Shown one piece after another: positions 50,861 through 62,866 of a stretch of 64,000 nucleotides of DNA. This DNA comes from Camelus ferus. Taxonomy: Eukaryota. Each line of letters begins with the position of its first letter. Positions within the stretch are counted from its first letter, which is position 1. The notes beneath the pieces are model-generated. The model was not told where the DNA came from. It saw only the letters and a list, made by a program, of their open reading frames with translations, and did no database searches. The stretch is from NCBI RefSeq assembly GCF_009834535.1, contig NC_045697.1:94304001-94368000 (forward strand), read 5' to 3'. The position numbers were made by a program, and so were the translations under genes.

Positions 50861-52189
50861 GTTCACCAAATTTAAAATATACTTGCAGACTATTTCATAT
50901 ATAAAAGTAGTAAGGCACTGCTAGGGAAGTTTTGCTGAGATGATTGACTAGTGAAAAATAATTCAGGTCTTTTTTCACCCATTTTGGTGATTAGTGTCTT
51001 GATTTTTGTTTTCTACTTCCCCAAGGGAATCAGAATTAGAAAGGAATGGGTAGAGAACATGAATAGTTCTCAATTTGCCACGGAAATTTGCTGTCAAACA
51101 ATTGAAGTGAACTTTAAATAAAGAAAAATTGCAGAGCATGACTGGTTAGTGAGTATATGTAGGTGGTTGTGACAATCACATGTGCCCTTTTAACACCTCT
51201 AAAATCAGAAGGCGTGGTGACATCTGTCATAGGAGTTTTAAACTAAAAGGTGAAAATATTTTTCTATTTTTTTTCTTTTTAATTGTTTTTCTCTTTCACT
51301 ACTTCTGAATGTTTAAGCAAACAGTCACCACTTTGAATCCGTACATTCTCAAGGCTCAAATTGTAGTAATTTCATTAGCAATTGTAAGGAGATGCATTAT
51401 GGATTACTAGTCATTAAATAAAGTTGTTGCCCATCTAGCACTCCCACTGAAAGGCGTTATTACAGTTATTTCTAATATAGTAGCAGGGATATGGAATGCT
51501 ACCTTTCCTTCTCAGATTAAATAATAGAGAAGAACAGGCATCTAATAGCAAGGATGAAAAACACTGGTACTGTGCACTCGTTCAGTCTTCTTCATCTTTG
51601 GGTTCTAAAGTGTTTTCACAAAATTAACTCACTTTGACAAAGAAACAATGTTTGCAAAGTGAAAAATGTAGGAAATAAAAATACAAATGACTTGCTCCAG
51701 GACACAGTATAGCATGGCTTTATAATGTTTCAGTCATTTTTATGTTTATTTTGATTTAGGATAGCACATTTCTTAAAGATTCATCAAAAGCAATAATTAA
51801 TTGTTTAATAGGTACTCACCTTTTTAGGGATAAAAATACTGATTGGTTGCACCCACCTGCAAATGTGGAATCAGCAGAGATACTCCCTTTCATCTTACTA
51901 GCAAGCCTCAAGTCATTTCACCTAAAGATGAGTTCATCTAAGACAGTTTTGCCCAAAATTCAATCCTATTTAAAATGTATTTTTGCACACTATGCTTTCA
52001 ACTGAGTGGCATTTTTGTCTCTTTTTTTTTTTTTAAATTTAAGCACTTTTAAAATATTTTTTCTAAGACATAAGTTTTAAAAAGTTGAGAATCTGATCTT
52101 AGTTTTATTTATTTCTCTTCAGAGCAATGCACATGCATAGCACTTTTGTCACGTGTGGATTTAATTTCTTTAACAAAATCATTTTATTT

Positions 52190-52600
52190 CTGTGATTCTG
52201 TGATGTGCTGCTCAGATGACCATTCAGAAATAGAGGACTTACAACCTCAGCATGGAGTGCTGCCAGCAGACTGCCTCCCACTGTCCACACCCTCCTCAGC
52301 TGACAACTACCCCCCACAAACTACATCAGCTTCCATGGGTGGCCACCTCCAAAGACCTGTCAATGCCAGTGTCATAGAGACCTGGCCCCCCTGGCCTCAA
52401 CTAGAGACCACTCTGAACTTCCATCTCCAAGTCAGAGCTCCAAGTGGGGTCCCCTGAGGCTAAAATTAGGACTGCATCATAGCTCCGCTTCTCCCTCTGA
52501 CCAGTCTGGTGCCTTTCCTTCCACAGGAGGTGATCCTAAGATTACTGCCTAGTCAACCTCCTCATTGTGAAAATAACGTGAGAACCTGATCTGAGCCAAC
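52190..52600 (+). mobile_element. ERVL LTR (LTR16A-like) solo LTR
   Basis: 'tgtgatgtgctgctcagatgaccattcagaa...cagagctcc..gtggggtc..ctgaggct...actgcatcatagctc..cttctccctctgacc'. Confidence 0.75.
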
Positions 52601-52822
52601 AAACAAACATGTCTCTCTCAATCTTACGTTTCAGTACAAAAATAAAGAATCAATTTCAGAGTAAAAAATGAAAAAAGGGTGTGAAAAACCTACAAAATAC
52701 ACTTCAATTCTAATACAAAGGGATTTTTCAATAATGAAACTATTTTTGTAGCATTTAAATTAGAAAGATGACAGTATGGATAATATATAATGGCAACTGC
52801 TATATAATTTAAAAAATACATT

Positions 52823-53935
52823 TATTTATTTTCCTTTTCTATTTTTTTTTTAATTGAAGCATAGTCAGTTACAATGTGTCAGTTTCTGGTGTACAGCACA
52901 ATGTCCCAGTTATGTATATACATGCATATATTCATTTTCATATTCTTTTTTCTTAAAGGTTATTACAAAATATTGAACATAGTTCCCTGTGCTATACAGG
53001 AGAAATTTATTTTTTATCTCTTTTTATATATAGTGGCTAACATTTGCAGATCTCAAACTGCCAAATTTATCCCTTCTTGGTAACCATAAGGTTGTTTACT
53101 ATGTCTGCGAGTCTGTTTCTGTTTTGTAAATGAGTTCATTACTGTCCTCTTTTTTCTTTTCTTAGATTCCACATATAAGTGATGTCATACGGTATTTTTA
53201 TTTCTCTTTCTGGCTTACTTCACTTAGAATTATGATCTCTAAGTCCATCCATGTTGCTGCAAATGGCATTATTTTATTCTTTCTTATGGCTGAGTAGAGT
53301 AGTTTTCTATTGTATGAATAGATCACAGCTTCTTTATCCAGTCATCTGTTGATGGACATTTAGGTTGCTTCCATGTCTTGGCTATTGTATATAGTGCTGC
53401 TATGAACATTGGGGTGCATGTATCTTTTTGAGTTAGGGTTCCTTAAGGATATATGCCCAGGAGTGGGGTTGCTGAATCATATGGTAGGTCTATTTTTAGT
53501 TTTCTGAGGAATCTCCATACTGTTTTCCATAATGGCTGCACCAAACTACTTTCCCACCCGCAGTGTAGGAGGGTTCCCTTTTCTCCACAGCCTCTCCAGC
53601 ATTTATCATTCATGGTTGAATGATGGCCATTCTGACTGGTGTGAGGTGATACCTCATTGTAGTTTTGATTTGCATTTTTCTAATAATTAGCAATATAGAG
53701 CATTTTTTCATGTGCCTATTGGCCATTTGTGTGTCTTCATTGGAGAATTGCTTCTTTAGGTCTTCTGCCCATTTTTGAGTTGGGTTATTTTTGTTTGCCT
53801 GTTATTAAGTTGTATGAGCTGTTTATATATTCTGGAAATTAAACATCTGTGAGTCATATCATTTGGGAATACTTTCTCCCATTCTGTAGGTTGTCGTTTT
53901 GTTTTGCTTATGATTTCCTTTGCTGTGAAAAAGCT
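52823..53935 (-). mobile_element. 5'-truncated L1 (camelid-type 3'UTR + ORF2 C-terminus)
   Basis: T-tail + 'aattgaagcatagtcagttacaatgtgtc'; antisense ORF2 'ggccattctgactggtgtgaggtgatacctcattgtag'; possible TSD tacatt (52817-52822 / 53936-53941). Confidence 0.95.
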
Positions 53936-53944
53936 TACATTAAA

Positions 53945-54068
53945 ATTTTTGGGAGGAAGGTAATTAGGTATATGTATTTATTTAATTTTTAATGGAGGTA
54001 CTGGGGATTGAACCCAGGACTGCATGGATGCTAGGCACACACTCTACCACTGAGATATACCCTCCCTC
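53945..54068 (-). mobile_element. tRNA-Ala-derived SINE (vic-1 type)
   Basis: 'aatggaggtactggggattgaacccaggac...actctaccactgagatatacccctccc' with 'ggtaattagg' tail extension. Confidence 0.9.
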
Positions 54069-54189
54069 TGTAATTTTTTGACATCTATTCAGTTTTACTG
54101 CTCAGTTTGGTCACAACTATGTCAAAATACTGATTCACAAAGTATGTTTTATCAAATGGAATCAATGTTCCCATGACTAGAAATACTAA

Positions 54190-54564
54190 CCTATTATTTA
54201 GCACCAGTTATAAAGACTTAACAAACATAATTTTAAGTAAAATAGAGGCTTGTTTTTTTCTCATTTATATCATCAATATTATATGCTTCTCCTGCTTTCC
54301 ATCTTCACTATCCTTAACATGAAACTCATGATGATAATATGACTACAAGAGCACTGGGCATCAGGTTTCTAGCAGGAAGAAAAATGAAGAAGTAAGAGTT
54401 TAATAACTGTTCATATCTTGTTACCTACCTCTTATCTGAGACGGAGGCTGGAGAGAAGTTTTTTTGTTGGCTGGCATGAGTGTGTACATTTTTGCCTCTG
54501 ATATTATAAGCAAACTAAGAAAAGAGAATTGGTATTCAGTGGAAAGCTAGCTGTCTCTGCCACA
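54190..54564 (-). mobile_element. MaLR LTR (MLT1-type)
   Basis: 'ctgctttccatcttcactatccttaacatg...ggcatca..tttctagcaggaagaa...ctagctgtctctgccaca'. Confidence 0.55.
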
Positions 54565-54576
54565 GAAGAAATTCTT

Positions 54577-54866
54577 TTTTTAAAAAAATTGAAGTGTAGT
54601 TGATTTACAATGCCATATTAATTTCTGGTGTATAGCACAGTGATTCAATTATACATATACATACATATATTCCCTTTCATATTCTTTTTCATTATAGGCT
54701 ATTACAAGGTATTGAATATAGTTCCCTGTGCTACACAGAAGAAACTTGTTGTTTATCTATTTTATATGTAGTAGTTAGTATCTGCAAATTCTAAAGTCCC
54801 AATTTACCCCTCCCCAAGCCCTCCCCGCCCTAACCATAAGTTTGTTTCCTATGGTAGTGAGTCTGT
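54577..54866 (-). mobile_element. Short L1 3'UTR insertion
   Basis: Antisense L1 3' end; 17-bp TSD with 2 mismatches, ccacagaagaaattctt (54560-54576) / ccacaggagaaactctt (54867-54883). Confidence 0.93.
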
Positions 54867-57098
54867 CCACAGGAGAAACTCTTGAATCAAGAGGCACAGA
54901 ATTATTCTCAAATCTTTTTATTCAGATTATATTCTATAATTTCTTTTTTTCATAAATCAGGAAAGTCGACTTTGATAAGTTCTGCTTGTGCTTCTGCCTC
55001 AGTAACAGAGCTGCAGTTAGTCCACATTCCTCTTTAAGTGGTATTAACAAAAGTTACTATCAAAACTATGTATTGATTCTAGATGTCCATTGATTTCCAC
55101 TTGCAGCAAAGTTGACAAATTCTCAGAAGCACATCCTTTTTCTGCCTACAATCACCATTTCCAGATGGGCATGTTGAAATATTATATGCTTAGCAGCATG
55201 TGAGTTTGCAATCACAGAGCCTTAAATAAAAAGTGTCCTCATTTGTGTGGCCCCAAATATATCCCCAAGAAGTAAAACCATAGATGAACTCCTTTCAGTC
55301 AAGTTGTTCTTTGGGGATTTCATTTTGTATGAGGAAACAGTGACATTTACCAATAAAAAAATTCTATCAAATGCTTCAACTAATTCTCTGCAAATTCAGC
55401 AAATTCTCTGAGTTGTAAAGAAGAACTTCATGTTTTATTCTGATTACACTAATTTAAAATACTTCTAAGAAGAGGATGAACCAAAGCTGTAGCTCTAATG
55501 ATGACAAAGAGTTTCTTCATGTTCAACAGGATTGATGGAATAACACCAAACTAAATATAGCAGCACTTGCCAGTGTAGAAATTAGTGAGTCACAATTTTC
55601 TATGCAGCTTCTTGACCAGAAAAGCAAATCTGGATGCATTTCCAGGTATTCATATGCTTTCCTTATATTGTAACTCTAAGATTTCATTTTTTAGACAGAA
55701 CAACGGTTGGTAAAGATACTTTCTAAACTTTCAAAGTCACTAGATATAATTTCAAGCTTCAGAAATCTACTCATAAATTAGTAATTCTTGTTTTTAATGG
55801 AATTAGTGTGCATATAACAGAGGAAAAACAGAGTCTCATTGCCTGGAGGGAAGACAGTATTTTCAATCCAATTGCATACTGACTGGAAATGGCATAGCTG
55901 CATTTTCTTCAAAATATTCATTTCAAAATATTAAAAGATATTTCAGTATTTGTAGACCAGGTAATGTAATTTGGTGGCAGAAATGGCTTTGATTTTCTTC
56001 CTTTGCTTTAAGGCTTAAACCAAATCAACCATTTCCAGGACACATGTTCAATTCAGTTATTTGTTTCCTGAACAGATGCTTCTGTGGTTATCTCTGCTGC
56101 ACATTATTGATAAACTATTTATTAAATCCCTGTCATCAAATTTTCAGATACCCTTCCAGTCATTTGAGTAAAATACTGAAGATTTAGAGGAAAATATCTC
56201 AGCTACACTGATATTTTGCGTTTCCTATTTGTATTTACTCAAGTGTCTGTGACAGTTTGGTTCACTGAAATTATTCAGGATGTTTCTAGTTAAAAGATCT
56301 GTTAAAATACTCTTAAAAAGGTTAGATTAATTTTTAAGTTGCTTCGAACTGATTCTTTTTGTTTTTCAGTATCTATGTATTGTCATATTGCTTCAAATTA
56401 GAGACAGAAATATCACCAAATTATCATACTTGAAGTGTTCATTTGTAGCATGGAGGTAACATAAAAATCATAATAAATATAATAGTTCATGTTTAAATGT
56501 ACTTACATATAAATATAAAGATACTGTGTGTTCTAGTTTAAATTTTATATTCAGTTAATTTAATTTTATTTCAAGTTAGTGGCTCAACTTGTAGCAAATT
56601 ATAATGATACTGATATTATGCTAGTAAGCAGCCAACCAAGTGTTCATAGGCATATTGGTATGAATTTAAGAAAAGAAATACTGAACTGGTTTTGAACAGT
56701 AATTAACACCTTCATCTAAATCCTCATTATACCAAATGATAATTAATTATTAACAAAATGTATTAAATATATATCCATTTCACTAATAACAAATGATCAT
56801 TATGAATAATTAATAATTTGTTACCAATGTACTCAATCAGATAACAAAGCCAAATTTTCTTTTCTAGCAAAAGAGAATATTATTATTTTATTGAATTAAG
56901 ATAAGAGCCAATGGTTTTCTGCTCCTTCTGTCACAGATGTGTACTAGTACTATATATTATTTTAATAATTAAAGTTTTAATGACTCTTCTTGAAAAATAA
57001 TTAAAAGAAGTTATATTACCATAATATACACTAGCATCATCAATATATTTAATAGATTTACTTACTTTTTAAAATATGTTGAATAAGAATTTTGACTT

Positions 57099-57637
57099 TT
57101 AAAATACATAAATGACTTATACAAACCAATATCAAAAAAATTAAAAGAACCCAATTATAAAGTAGGCTGAGGACCTGAATAGGCATTTTTCCAAAGAAGA
57201 CATACAAATCGCCAACAGGTAAACGAAAAGATGCTCAGCATGACTAATCATCAGGGAAATGCAAATCAAAAACCACAATGAGATGTCACCTCACACTAGT
57301 TAGAATGGCTATCATCAAAAAGACAAGAAGTAATGACTGTTGACAGTGTTGGTGAGGATGTGGAGAAAAGGAAACGTTTGAGCACTGTTGGTAAGAATAT
57401 AAATTGGTAATGCCACTGTGGAAAACAGTATGGAGGTTCCTCAAAAAAGTAAAGAGAGTTACTAAACATTCCTCTCCTGGGTATTTATCTGAAGAAAATA
57501 AAAACATTGATTCAAAAACATATATGCACCACAATATTCATAGCAGCATTTATATTCACCAAGGTATGGAAGCAACCTGCAACCTAAGTGTCCATTAACA
57601 GATGACTGGATAAAGATTTTATATACATACATATATA

Positions 57638-57709
<72 letters not shown>

Positions 57710-58123
57710 TATTACTTAGCCATAAAATGAATAAAATTTTGCCATTTGTGACCACATGGATGAACCTGCAGGGCATTACACTTAGTGACGTAAGTCAGAC
57801 AAAGAAGGACAAATAGTATATGTTTTCATTTATATGTGGAATCTGAAAAATAAAACCAATGAACCAATATAACAAAACAGAAACAGACTCACAGATACAG
57901 AGAATAAACTAGTGGTTACCAGAAAGGGGGGGGCATGGCAAAACAGTTGAAAGGGATTAAGAGGTACAGACTACTAAATATAAAGCAATAAGTTACAAGG
58001 ATGTAACGTAGAGCATATGGAATATAATCCATATTTTATAATAACTTTGTATGAACTACAGTCTATAAGAATATTGAATTACTGAAATTAATATTGTAAG
58101 TCAACCATACTTCAATTAAAAAA
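57099..58123 (+). mobile_element. 5'-truncated L1
   Basis: ORF2 end '[12 protein letters not shown]', 3'UTR, A tail; perfect 14-bp TSD aagaattttgactt (57085-57098 / 58124-58137). Confidence 0.95.
57620..57706. repeat. (TA)(TG)n(TA)n(GA)n compound microsatellite inside L1
   Basis: Seen directly. Confidence 0.97.
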
Positions 58124-59071
58124 AAGAATTTTGACTTCTGAGGATCTTAATATAAAAACTTTTTCTTACTTTCAAAAGCATTTGATCTTGTTTGAACTGG
58201 AGTGGATAAAACATTTAAAAAATAAACTATTTTGATCAAGAAAAGTTGACCAAAATGGCTATTTTAAATTTAATACACTGATATCATTATACACTGGTTT
58301 GGGAGGTTCCCAATATATAACTCCCTCAAATAACTTATGGTATTAAAAAAAGAAAACCTACACACATCTAAAATAAAGGTGAAATAGAACCAGAAACACA
58401 TGCAATAAGGACACAAAGTGAACATGAACTTATTTATTTTAAAAAGCGTAACTGCACCAGAAATAACAAGATGATCTCAAAGTACAGATCAAACATTAAT
58501 CTTCTTTTATGATGACAGTGTGTATATTACTAGTATATGAGAATAAGCATCTGACAGTTCACATTTCTGTCAATCAACTAAAAAATATTTCAACAGATTA
58601 CTGAGGTTGCTTTATTAGTCATGTGTAACATTGCATGAGACATACAAAATGTTATTGTAATAATATTTAATTTTGTTAAATAATAGCTTATGTGTCTAGT
58701 TTTTTAAGATTACATATTTGAAATGATCTAGCAAAAATATTTCGTTGAAAGGAGAGCCTTATCTTACTAGTGATCTAGCAGAATACAAGTAAGGAAATAA
58801 ATTATGTAACCCCAGAATAAAGCAGTAGAATTGCCTGCACACGATAATCAGAATTACAGAACTATATATTACTCAAATTTTTCTAGATTTCTGCATAATT
58901 AGATCAGAATAGAAACTATATTTGTTAAGTGTATTAGAAATAAAAAAGTAATATGTTCTAAATACAAACAGAACAAATGCTACTTCATTTAGCATATATA
59001 CCCTTTCTTAATCTAACAAAATCATACTAACTCTATCAACATCAGAATGCGAAATTTTTTCAGTTAAGAAG

Positions 59072-59150
59072 ACATTGTGCTGTACACCAGAAATTGACAC
59101 ATTGTAACTGACTGTACTTCAATAAAAATAAATAAATAAATAATTTTTAA
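59072..59150 (+). mobile_element. Very short L1 3' tip with (AAAT)n tail
   Basis: 'gctgtacaccagaaattgacacattgtaactgactgtacttcaataaaa' is the reverse-orientation homologue of the L1 end at ~52852-52900. Confidence 0.85.
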
Positions 59151-59375
59151 AATTATGAAGAAGTAACTCCATACATTGCTGGTTGCTATGTAAATTGGTA
59201 CATGTTTTGAAAAGCAGAGTGTAAGTTCATGATAAGAAACTTAAAAATAATTATATTCTGATCCCATGATTCTAATGTATATTTTCAATAAGTAACAAAC
59301 TACAGAGTAAGAATGAGAAGGAAAAGATGAACTAAAATATTAAACAGAAAAAAACTTGATGCACCTCAGAGGCAT

Positions 59376-59877
59376 GGGGTCTTGGTTTGGGTTCCCATGA
59401 AACCAGGGCATAAGTGCATGTAACTGATTTATTCCAAAGGTAATCCTAAGAAAAGAGGGAGTTGGAAGAGTGAGACAAAGAAAAAAAAAAAAAAAAGAAA
59501 AGCACACCAATAAAGGATGAGCTGCTGATCTGGACTGCTTTGAGAAACTGGATTTAGATCTTACTGTGATCTTCCAAAAAATAATTCTAAATCTGCATCA
59601 TTTCTGTACCTACAAAAGAATGAGGTATGGCACATTTATCTACTAGTTTCTGAACTCCAATAGATAAATATTTTGCTTAGTATTTTAATCTCTCACACTT
59701 CTGGGTTGTCTCATGTTCCTGTAAGTTGGGGAGAAAGAGGCAGAAATTTTAAAAGTGGTGTCAGAGCCTTGAAATCAAATGCTGCTAAGTTATGCAGGTA
59801 CTGTTCACTACAGGTCCAGCTAGAATTAGTAATGGACTAAGAATTTGTGGACCAGGGCAGTATAAACACCTGACACA
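59376..59877 (-). mobile_element. ERVL LTR (LTR16-like)
   Basis: 'gtcttggtttgggttccc...gtgcatgtaactgatttatt...gaagagtgagaca...ccaataaaggatg' ending 'cacctgacaca'. Confidence 0.65.
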
Positions 59878-60540
59878 GAAATTATTCCACTCAAATTATC
59901 TCATGTCCACATTAGGTGCGCTTAGCATGGTGTCTTACTACATTCTAAAAAGATTTAAGACTAGAGGATTAGTGGAACAAATATTGTCTAAACCCTGTAG
60001 TTGTCTTGAGATGGTAACTGATCGTCTCATCAACGTTCTCTACCACTGATATTCTGCTTACATCAGCCTCAAGCAAATTTCAGCTTCCCTAGGTCGCTTG
60101 CACACGTGGTGAAGTCATCCAGTTTCAATTCCTGAGGGAATGGAGCCCTTAGTTTTAATGTCTAGATCAGAATGGGGTTGCTAAAATTGTCATCCCAATG
60201 TTTTCACCAGACATGGAAGCAACAGGAGGGACCTCAGTAAACTCCTCAAGTCCTAGACAATCTCAATGTGCCCACTAGCGATGCATGATAATAATCAAGA
60301 TAGATTATCCTCTCCGGTATGTAAATTTTGTCTTTCCCTGCTAGCTGCTGTAAAACACCATATATCATCCGATGTCTTAATATACAAACAGTAAGTATCT
60401 TGGAGCACAGCACTCCATCTCCTTAGGGTGTCATTCCAAACTGGCACTTTAGCTAAGTGTTTAATGGTCACTTGTTCTAAGGTGACATACTCAGGGTTTC
60501 ATCACGATAAAGCAATTCTGTAAGCCTTCAGATCATGAAG
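59878..60540 (-). mobile_element. ERVL internal remnant (integrase C-terminal region)
   Basis: Minus strand ~60395-60455 reads 'LKCQFG/NDTLRRWSAVLQD' (with frameshift), similar to ERVL IN 'QLQRQLGDNTLQGWGKVLQ'; purine-rich 'gagtggaa' next to the LTR. Confidence 0.6.
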
Positions 60541-60544
60541 TCCT

Positions 60545-61580
60545 GAATGTATTTTTTTTTATCACAATCTATCTTCAAGTGATACAATACCACTTCACAT
60601 AAAACCATTCAGTAGTGTACAGCTGGCCCTCTGTATTCGCAGGTTCTGCACCTGTGGATTCAATCAACTGTGGATTGAAAACCACACACACGCACAAATT
60701 CAGAAAGTTTCAAAAAGCAAAACTTGAGTTTGCCACACTGGCAACTATTTACACAGCATTTACTTCGTATTAGATATCCTAAGTAATACAGAGATGATTT
60801 AAAGTATACAGGAGATGTGCATATGTTATATACAAATATTACATCATTCTATATAAGGGACTTGAGCATGTACAGATTTTGGTATCTACAGGGGTCTGAG
60901 GGATGACTGCTTCCGTCTATTCTCCCAGTCTTTATTCTATTATTGTCATATATTATGTTTATATAAAGCCCACAACTCATTGTTATTACTTGTTTAGCTA
61001 TTCTCTTTTTAAAATATACAAATTAAAAAAAATTACTCGTTTAGTTACCATTTCCATTGCTCCTTTTATACTTCTAGATTTTAATCTGGGATCATTTTCT
61101 TCTGCCTGAAAGACTTCTTTTAATATTCCTTGTAGTGTGGTTCTGCTGTGGATGACACTTTCTAGTTTTTGTATGATAGAGAGTCTCTATTGCTCCTTCT
61201 TTTTTCAAAGATTGTCACTGGGTATAGAATACAAGTTTGACAATTTTTTCCCTCTTCAGTGCTTTAAATATGTATCATTGTCATCTTGCTTGCATTGTTT
61301 TTAATGAGACATCTGTTTTCTTTCACATCTTTTTTTCTCTATATAATGTGTTCTTTTTCTCTGGCTGTTTTTAACATTTTCTTTTTATCAGTGGTTTTAA
61401 GAAATTTGATTATCATGTGCTAGCATATTTTTCCTTATGTTTCTTGTGCTTGAAATTTGCTGAGTCTTATGGATTTGTCATTTAAAGATTTTATCAAAAT
61501 TGGAAACTTGTCAGCCAATATTTCTTCTAATGCCTTTTTTCTATCTCTTCTGGTGTCCATGGTTATTTTCCTACAGAAAC
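60545..61580 (-). mobile_element. Old L1 (L1MD-like) ORF1 + inter-ORF region, antisense
   Basis: Minus ORF 61435-61671 'KKALEEILADKFPILIK' (L1 ORF1p EEI..ENFPNL motif); 'ctgggtatagaat' (ILYP). Confidence 0.85.
60620..60909. mobile_element. Tigger3/MER2-like DNA transposon inserted in L1
   Basis: TA + 'cagctggccctctgtattcgcaggttctgcacctgtggattcaatcaac...gagggatgactg' (TIR-like ends); antisense homologue of 42682-43033. Confidence 0.88.
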
Positions 61581-62465
61581 TATAATATAGTAGATTGGCC
61601 TTTGTTTTGTTCCCATTTAGTGATGATCTCAATAGATTCAGAAAGAGTATTTGGAAAAAATGCACAATCAATTCCTGTTGAAAAGTTTTAGGAAATAAAA
61701 ATAAAAGGGAATGCCCTCAAACTGATAAAGAGAATCCATGAATAATTACATTATAAGACTGGAAAACAAAGATACCTGTTCACACAACTTCTACTCAACA
61801 TCATCCTGAAATTTCTGACCAGGAAATCAGGAAAGAGAAATAAATCCAGATTGGAAAGAAAGCAATGGAATTCTTTTTATTCATAGATAACATCACTGTC
61901 CACGTATAAAATCCAATTCAATCTAAAAAATAAGCTACTAGAACTAATAAATGAATTTAGTGAGTTTGCAGAACATGAGGTCAATATGCAAAAGTATATG
62001 ACATTTTTGTATTCAATCAATGAACACATTTTTTTACAAAATTCCATTTATTCAAGGATAATTCTGATAAAAGATGGAAAAGACCCGTACAATAAAAATT
62101 ACAAAACACTGGTGAGAGAAATTAAAGAAAACCTAAGTAATTGGAGTGATATAGGTGAGTCAGAAGGCTCAATATTGTTAAGATGCTAACTATATGCAAA
62201 CTTATCTATAATGTACAATGTCATTCCAATCAAAATCTCAGAAAGCTTTTTTGTAAAAATTGCACATTGCACGATGAATCCAAAATTCATGCAAAAATTC
62301 AAAGGATGTAGAATAGTCAGCACAATTTGAAAAGAAAAACAAAGTTTGAAGATTCACTGACTTGACTTTACTTACAGTAAAGCTTCTATAATCAAATCAT
62401 TGCAGTGTGGGCATAAAGATAAACAAATAGATTAATGTAAACAAATAGAGTCCAAAAATTGATCC

Positions 62466-62520
62466 ATATATATATACATACATATATATATATACACACA
62501 CATACATATATATATATATA
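62466..62520. repeat. (TA)/(CA) microsatellite
   Basis: Seen directly. Confidence 0.9.
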
Positions 62521-62640
62521 AAATCTTATTTTTGATGAAGTTGCAAATGCAATTCAGTGGAGAAAGGATATCTTTTCATCAATAGGACTAAAACATTTGA
62601 ATATCCATTGCAAAATGATGAACTTCAAAGACCACTGCAC

Positions 62641-62866
62641 ACTGATCATACCCTTGAACAAAGTGAGGGTTAGTGGAGCAAAACTTACGTATGCTCTCCA
62701 TATCCCAGGTTCTTCGACCTAAGAGGTTCGTCTGTATCCGTGATTCCAAATAGCTACATTCAACCAATCACGATTACATAGTACTGGGTAGTATCTATCT
62801 ATTTTTAAAAATCCCTGTATAAGTGGACCTGCTGACTTCAAACCAGTGTTGCTCAAGGGTCAACTG
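62641..62866. mobile_element. Tigger2/MER8-like MITE inserted in L1 ORF2
   Basis: TIR-like ends 'acccttgaaca' ... 'tgttgctcaagggtcaactg', with 'gtataagtggacctg'. Confidence 0.8.

Noticed and set aside
88..62189. The remaining 60-105 aa ORFs in the supplied track
   Set aside because: They lie in repeats, microsatellites or AT-rich sequence, many start at TTG/GTG, and none shows a recognisable host protein domain
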